Source: Desulfatiglandales bacterium
Lineage (GTDB): Bacteria > Desulfobacterota > DSM-4660 > Desulfatiglandales > Desulfatiglandaceae
DNA: 64,000 nt
Assembly (NCBI GenBank): GCA_963662465.1
Contig: OY759599.1
Span: 3,232,001-3,296,000 of the forward strand
Direction: 5' to 3'
Part shown: positions 59,096 through 64,000 of the stretch, in pieces
How the letters are laid out: every line of letters starts with the position of its first letter
How positions within the stretch are numbered: position 1 is the stretch's first letter
Notes under the pieces: generated by a model
Told to the model about the DNA's origin: nothing
The model's input: the letters and a program-made list of their open reading frames with translations, nothing else
Databases searched by the model: none
Program-made: the position numbers and the translations under genes

Positions 59096-59220
59096 ACATA
59101 AACTTGCAGTACAGAGGGATAGCAAGGGCGGGCAACTATTGAAAATAGAGGTTTAGCAAAAGACGAATCATTTATGAAGGTCAGTAGAAGCCCTTGCTAC
59201 TCCTGACCGTAGTGTTATGC
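59096..59220 (+). other. attC site 2
   Basis: ACATAAAC ... TAGCAAGGGC pairing with GCCCTTGCTA ... R' GTTATGC; R'' matches the TTATGT cassette start. Confidence 0.7.
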
Positions 59221-59449
59221 CACCCCAACAAGAAGGCAGAAGATGAAGGGAAACCTCTGGAATCGACTGTGTATAAAGAAGTACTCCACGGCGTTTTTGG
59301 TGAACTAACGATCGAGAAGGTGCAACTTTCCAAAAAAGCACTTCAGCGAAGGTCGGAGCAGACTTTTTAAGGGTACTGTTTGTATATAGAAAAGCAAAAG
59401 CAGCACAATGATCATTCGATAATATATCAAAGCAAAAATGGAGCTTACC

Positions 59450-60427
59450 ATGCATTCTGTGATTCTTATTATGGTTGTTTCACTGGTTTTTGTAATTCCA
59501 TCAGAATCTTTTGCGCGGTTCTATAAATGGGTTGATGGAAATGGAAAGGTTCACATTTCAGACAGAGAACCGACCAGACCTGAGAAAGAAATGAATCAAA
59601 GAGAAGCAGAAGATGTAGCGCAAAATTCGAACTTCGATTTCAGAAAAACAAACTGGGGTATATCTAAATACGAAGTTCTTCAAAGTGAGGGTAATAAAGA
59701 CTTTAGAAATAGTGAGTATACTGATTTTGATGAGGAGATCATATGTGAAACCAAAGCTTTCGGAAAAACATGTGTTTTATGTTACGAATTTCTCAAAAAC
59801 AAACTTGTATGCGCAAAATACGCTTTCCTTGGTGATAAGAAAAGAGGAGATATTTCCGTTACCGATTTCGTATATTTTGAGAGACAACTTAGAAAAAAAT
59901 ATGGGGAGCCAAAGGCAGAAAAAACTGATACTTTGCCATACAAAGTGAGTTGGGAAACTGACGCTACAGATATCCAGATTATTTACCGTAAGAATTCAAT
60001 CCCTGGTGTTGATTATCACTGCTGCAATATTGAGTTTAAAAGCAAAAAATTAAAACCTCTTATGGAAAAAAAGTATGCGGAGAATAAAGCGAAACAGCAA
60101 CAAGAATTTGAAAAAATGTTCTCTGAATTTCAGAAAAAAAATAAAGTATCAAATACAGAATACAATGGTGATTTCTCCGATGCAACCAATGTTATAAGAA
60201 ATGACTGTGCAAACAAATGGCAAAATGATTTTAGAATGCAGGAATATTGTATCCAGAAACAGGAAGACGCGCTTATCGCTTTGAAAAAGGGTAAACCAAA
60301 CGATATTCCTTCTGATGTGTTCGCAAAAATAAGATCCGAATGTAAATCTAAATGGGGAAACGATTTTCGAATGAGAGAACATTGTGAAAAGAAACAATGT
60401 TCAGCTTGGCGAAGGCTGAACCATTAG
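59450..60427 (+). CDS. Cassette ORF: secreted DUF4124-like protein with two C-terminal C-x-x-K-W-x-N-D-F-R-M-x-E-x-C repeats
   Basis: Signal peptide, FYKWVDGNGKVHISD, CANKWQNDFRMQEYC and CKSKWGNDFRMREHC. Confidence 0.8.
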   Translation: MHSVILIMVVSLVFVIPSESFARFYKWVDGNGKVHISDREPTRPEKEMNQREAEDVAQNSNFDFRKTNWGISKYEVLQSEGNKDFRNSEYTDFDEEIICETKAFGKTCVLCYEFLKNKLVCAKYAFLGDKKRGDISVTDFVYFERQLRKKYGEPKAEKTDTLPYKVSWETDATDIQIIYRKNSIPGVDYHCCNIEFKSKKLKPLMEKKYAENKAKQQQEFEKMFSEFQKKNKVSNTEYNGDFSDATNVIRNDCANKWQNDFRMQEYCIQKQEDALIALKKGKPNDIPSDVFAKIRSECKSKWGNDFRMREHCEKKQCSAWRRLNH

Positions 60428-60474
60428 ATTGTTGGATAGCAATTACCAAAAATATTTTTTTAGGGGGTTACCTT

Positions 60475-60789
60475 ATGGCTTTCTGGAGTGATTTTCTCTC
60501 TAAACTGAAACTTTTTGATTTCCAAACTTCTCTCAAAACGGATCAGGCTGGAGCTGTAAATGTTAAGGTTCATAACAATACTTATCACTTACACTATCAT
60601 GATATTCAAGCAGTAGAGAAATTTAAAGCAGCAGCAATAACACCAGATTTTGAACAAGCTGTAAAAGAAGAGGTTGATAGGAAACTGCAACCCTTGAATT
60701 ACATCCTTAGCACACTTTCGCAAGCAGTATCGGGCGAGGTTGTTTTGGCATCAACGCTGGAATCAGCAATAGAAAACATCAAAATGTAA
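60475..60789 (+). CDS. Cassette ORF, hypothetical protein
   Basis: AGGGGG RBS, ATG 60475, 104 aa. Confidence 0.6.
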   Translation: MAFWSDFLSKLKLFDFQTSLKTDQAGAVNVKVHNNTYHLHYHDIQAVEKFKAAAITPDFEQAVKEEVDRKLQPLNYILSTLSQAVSGEVVLASTLESAIENIKM

Positions 60790-60904
60790 ACTTGGGATGA
60801 ATGAGAATGTGAGGCAAACAAATAGCCTTGTTTATGTAAGTGAATGCAAAAAATAAGTTTATAAGTGCTTGCTAAAGTTGATAGATAACAAAGGAGGAAT
60901 TAAT

Positions 60905-61342
60905 ATGAAACATGCAAATGTTTTGGTAATGATTTTATTTAGCATTATCTTCTTGAATGCGAACGTTTGTAATGCAGATGACATATCGTCAATTAGCAAA
61001 TTGGAATTATATGAAGAAAATACAGACTCAAAACCAGAGATGGATTCACTGAAAATATATGTCATATTTGGGGACAAACATGCTAAAAGAATTAACCCCC
61101 TTGATGGGATCACTATGGATTATACCTGCAAAATTTACAGTTATGAGGGCGGTAAAAAAGGAAACAAAATAAATGAAGATAGAGGTAAGTTGATTTCTGA
61201 AAGAGGATTTACATCGTTTGTAATAAAAATGCCACGCATAGCAGAAAAAAAGAGAGTGTTAGCAGATGTTACTGTTAAACTGCCAGATGGAAGAACCGTG
61301 CAGGGAAAAAGAAGTGATACCTTCGATCCAGAGAAATATTGA
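60905..61342 (+). CDS. Cassette ORF, secreted hypothetical protein
   Basis: AGGAGG RBS, signal peptide. Confidence 0.75.
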   Translation: MKHANVLVMILFSIIFLNANVCNADDISSISKLELYEENTDSKPEMDSLKIYVIFGDKHAKRINPLDGITMDYTCKIYSYEGGKKGNKINEDRGKLISERGFTSFVIKMPRIAEKKRVLADVTVKLPDGRTVQGKRSDTFDPEKY

Positions 61343-61405
61343 TTTGCTGAAACAGGTATGTTTCAAAATTTCCTAATTGTGACGAGGCTTAATTGGAGTA
61401 TTCAT

Positions 61406-61458
61406 ACATAACCCAGCGCTGCACCAGATGTCTGATAGTGAGGCGGTCCTGGCGGGGC
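61406..61458 (+). other. Half attC (left arm only)
   Basis: ACATAAC-ccagc-GCTGCACCAGAtgtCTGATA..GGCGGTCC.GGCGGGG, close to the left arm of the attC at 63307; no matching L'/R' found. Confidence 0.65.
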
Positions 61459-61641
61459 ACGACCATGGGTGTTTTGGATGCAGATTTGGCATTTTATTGC
61501 CTTTGAGTTATTTAGTTAGAATGAGCAATTTTGAATCAGAGCATTTTCCAGGTTTGGGTTGGTAGTCTTTACTCTTTTTGGCTGGTGTCAGGGTGTGGAG
61601 GGATATTAAAACTGATAATGTTAAAAAAGGGAGGTGTCGTT

Positions 61642-62076
61642 GTGAGAATTAGAAAAATTTTGTTTTGCGGAGCTATTCTTGTATCAGCCATTTTTTCCAT
61701 GTTTTCATTATCGACTGCAGAGAAACGACTAGAATCATTGAACTCTGTGGATTTGATAACGGTTAGTTCATATGTCAAAGATGGCGTCTTGAGCATCAAA
61801 TTTTTTTACAAGAATAGAGATGAGGATAAATATGTTTATTGGAAGGAAGGAACGGTAAGTTGCCAGTGTAAAGTTTATGAAGATGTAGGAAACAAGAAAA
61901 AAAAACAAAAGATTATCGGGATAGATAAGAAATTAAAACGTTACGACCAGAGGTTTTATTTGGATGTCCCTAAGCAGTACCTAAATAAAGGGAAAAAGGC
62001 AATCATTGAATGCTCAGTTAATATTGGATACAAAACATTAAACGTAACCGATGGTGGTGTATCTCTGGATGATTAA
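61642..62076 (+). CDS. Cassette ORF, secreted hypothetical protein
   Basis: GGAGGT RBS, GTG 61642, signal peptide. Confidence 0.72.
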   Translation: MRIRKILFCGAILVSAIFSMFSLSTAEKRLESLNSVDLITVSSYVKDGVLSIKFFYKNRDEDKYVYWKEGTVSCQCKVYEDVGNKKKKQKIIGIDKKLKRYDQRFYLDVPKQYLNKGKKAIIECSVNIGYKTLNVTDGGVSLDD

Positions 62077-62111
62077 GGCATTACACAGGTAGTAATTAGG
62101 AGCCCTATAAG

Positions 62112-63278
62112 ATGTATTTATTGAATGGTTTTTTGATTTTGTGCCTGTTGCTGTTTAGCTCATTGGATGGATTTGCAAAAGTATATAAATGGGTCGATAA
62201 AAATGGACAGACCCACATTGCAGATAAAAAGGTTCTCGAGGGTTGTCTCAGAGGCGACTGCATAAATGGAACGGGGACCTATTTTCTTGCTGATGGTCAA
62301 AGATATACGGGTGAATTCGAGAACGGAAAGTTTCATGGGCAAGGAATTGCGACTTTTCCTGATGGTAGCGAATATATGGGTGGGTTCAAGAACGGAATAC
62401 CCCATGGACAAGGAATTTTGACCGATTCTGATGGTAGAAGATATGTGGGTGAGTTCAAAGACGGAAAGTTTGATGGGCAAGGAGCTTTGATCGATACTGA
62501 TGGTACGATACGTAAAACAGGAAAACCACTCCCAAAAAACCCAATTTCTGTTATTGACCGAACTAAAGCAAAAAATGATTTGAAGGAGAGCCTATTAAGA
62601 AAATATGGAGATAGCTATTCTACTATTAAGCTTCTGTTAGATTCAGGGATGAAAGCTTATGAATACCTATGTGAAATACCAAGTAACTCAATTAACAATG
62701 GTATCCTAGCAAAACTAAACAGAGAGTATTACCCAAATTTTTCAACAATCGAAATGTTGTATAAATCAAACATAAAAGCATACTCAGAACTTAATCTCGA
62801 AGAACAAAAAAAAGAGGGAATAGATTCACAACCTCATGTCACAGAAATCACAACGTCAACAGAATATAAAACCATGAGCAAACAACTGTTTAGCGCAGGG
62901 AAATTCGATGAGGCTGAAGTCTTTATGAGCAATAGCATTGAGCTAAACAAAAATGATTTGGAAGCTTATTTTATCCGCGCTGTAATCTATCAAAAACTTA
63001 AAAAGAATAAATTAGCCATTAAAGACATTGATCGATGTGTCGAATTAGAACCAACCAATGGCAAGTACTACCACGATAGAGCCATTTTGCTCATAACAGA
63101 GAACAAATTCCAACTGGCATTTGATGATATCAAGACCGCTGAAAGATTAGGTTACATTGGAGAATTGACAGGAAAAATTAAGAACATAGAAAATGATTTT
63201 AATATGCTTCAAATACGTGCACGTTCCGGTAATAAGAAAGCACAGAGTCTTTTAACCGAAAAGGGGGTTAGCTGGTAG
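62112..63278 (+). CDS. Cassette ORF: secreted DUF4124-like + MORN-repeat + TPR protein
   Basis: VYKWVDKNGQTH; YTGEFENGKFHGQG-type repeat x3; C-terminal TPR-like helices. Confidence 0.85.
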   Translation: MYLLNGFLILCLLLFSSLDGFAKVYKWVDKNGQTHIADKKVLEGCLRGDCINGTGTYFLADGQRYTGEFENGKFHGQGIATFPDGSEYMGGFKNGIPHGQGILTDSDGRRYVGEFKDGKFDGQGALIDTDGTIRKTGKPLPKNPISVIDRTKAKNDLKESLLRKYGDSYSTIKLLLDSGMKAYEYLCEIPSNSINNGILAKLNREYYPNFSTIEMLYKSNIKAYSELNLEEQKKEGIDSQPHVTEITTSTEYKTMSKQLFSAGKFDEAEVFMSNSIELNKNDLEAYFIRAVIYQKLKKNKLAIKDIDRCVELEPTNGKYYHDRAILLITENKFQLAFDDIKTAERLGYIGELTGKIKNIENDFNMLQIRARSGNKKAQSLLTEKGVSW

Positions 63279-63306
63279 ATACAAAAGCGTTAGAAAACAC
63301 TTCATT

Positions 63307-63392
63307 TCATAACCAAACGCTGCACCAGACGCCTGATACTTCGGCGGTCCCGGCGGGGGCCGGAGGAGGCGCTGGTGAGCTTATCGTTCGCG
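63307..63392 (+). other. attC site (canonical)
   Basis: R'' TCATAAC, GCT[G]CACCAG[A]CGCCT pairing with AGGCGCTGGTGAGC (two extrahelical bases), R' GTTCGCG. Confidence 0.88.
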
Positions 63393-63527
63393 CGCGCCCG
63401 TCACAGTAGCATCTACAAAAGGGAATGAAGAGGTTCAGTCGATAAGCGAAAGTGATGGTAGGAACCTGAACAAACCCTGAACAATGGATTTTGGTTGAAA
63501 TTTTTTTTAATTAATGGAGGAGATGCC

Positions 63528-64000
63528 ATGCTCAGAAAGAAATGCATGGTTTTGATTCTTTTCCTGACCTGTTTTATCGGTTTTCCGATTTTTTCGCACT
63601 CCGCAAATCGGACGGCTCTGGTCATTGGAAATTCCAATTATCGCACGGCACCACTGATTAATCCGGTGAATGACGCACGTGATATCGCGCAAGTACTCAA
63701 ATCTCTGGGCTTTGAAGTGATATGCAAGGTCAACGCGGGGAGGCGGGAAACGGAGGATGCGGTGCAGCAATTTCACCGGAATCTGAACCGCGCACAGGTG
63801 GGCTTTTTTTACTATGCAGGTCATGGGATGCAGATCGACGGGAAGAATTACCTGCTGCCGGTGGATATTCAGGTAAAGTCATCAGCCGACATCAAGTACC
63901 GGGCAACTCAGGTGGATTGGATTCTTTCGAAAATGGAAGATTCTGGGAGCAAGGTCAACATTGTTGTTCTGGATGCATGCCGAAACAATCCTTTTCGCGG
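63528..64000 (+). CDS. Cassette ORF: secreted caspase-family (peptidase C14) protein, truncated by the window end
   Basis: GGAGGA RBS; ALVIGNSNY, NPVNDA, YYAGHG (His), LDACRNNP (Cys); not in the ORF track. Confidence 0.9.
   Translation, partial: MLRKKCMVLILFLTCFIGFPIFSHSANRTALVIGNSNYRTAPLINPVNDARDIAQVLKSLGFEVICKVNAGRRETEDAVQQFHRNLNRAQVGFFYYAGHGMQIDGKNYLLPVDIQVKSSADIKYRATQVDWILSKMEDSGSKVNIVVLDACRNNPFR

Noticed and set aside
58307..63392. attC sites or heptamer tracts as a CRISPR array
   Set aside because: No regularly spaced identical repeats with unique spacers and no cas genes

Overview
Bacterial chromosomal window, most consistent with an anaerobic Desulfobacterota-type deltaproteobacterium (inferred from the non-decarboxylating glutaryl-CoA dehydrogenase plus GcdA, sigma-54 and PAS signalling, and selenoproteins). 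In order it holds: an mlaEFDCA operon; rlmH; acd-gcdA; a sigma-54 activator with a response regulator and MCP; a CoA-transferase; a REP-flanked vapBC-type TA module; a split PAS hybrid kinase; an attenuator-controlled aromatic amino-acid operon; three tandem ParA/MinD ATPases; a four-helix-bundle pseudogene; a cluster with up to three UGA/SECIS selenoproteins (two not called correctly by the ORF track); a TetR/sigma-54 catabolic island (YCF48-RND-DUF1302-DUF1329 transport module, hydantoinase-like AB pair, CoA ligase, acyl-CoA dehydrogenase); and a chromosomal integron running off the right edge. Strongest leads: (1) an IS91-like HUH transposase occupying cassette position 1 of the integron, with its own attC; (2) a hidden 50-aa membrane selenoprotein and a probable C-terminal Sec in an FmdB protein; (3) a sigma-54 promoter reading straight into a (CT)21 tract and a terminator, a candidate sRNA; (4) a Phe/Tyr/Trp leader-peptide attenuator. 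All calls come from manual reading of the sequence; no searches were run.
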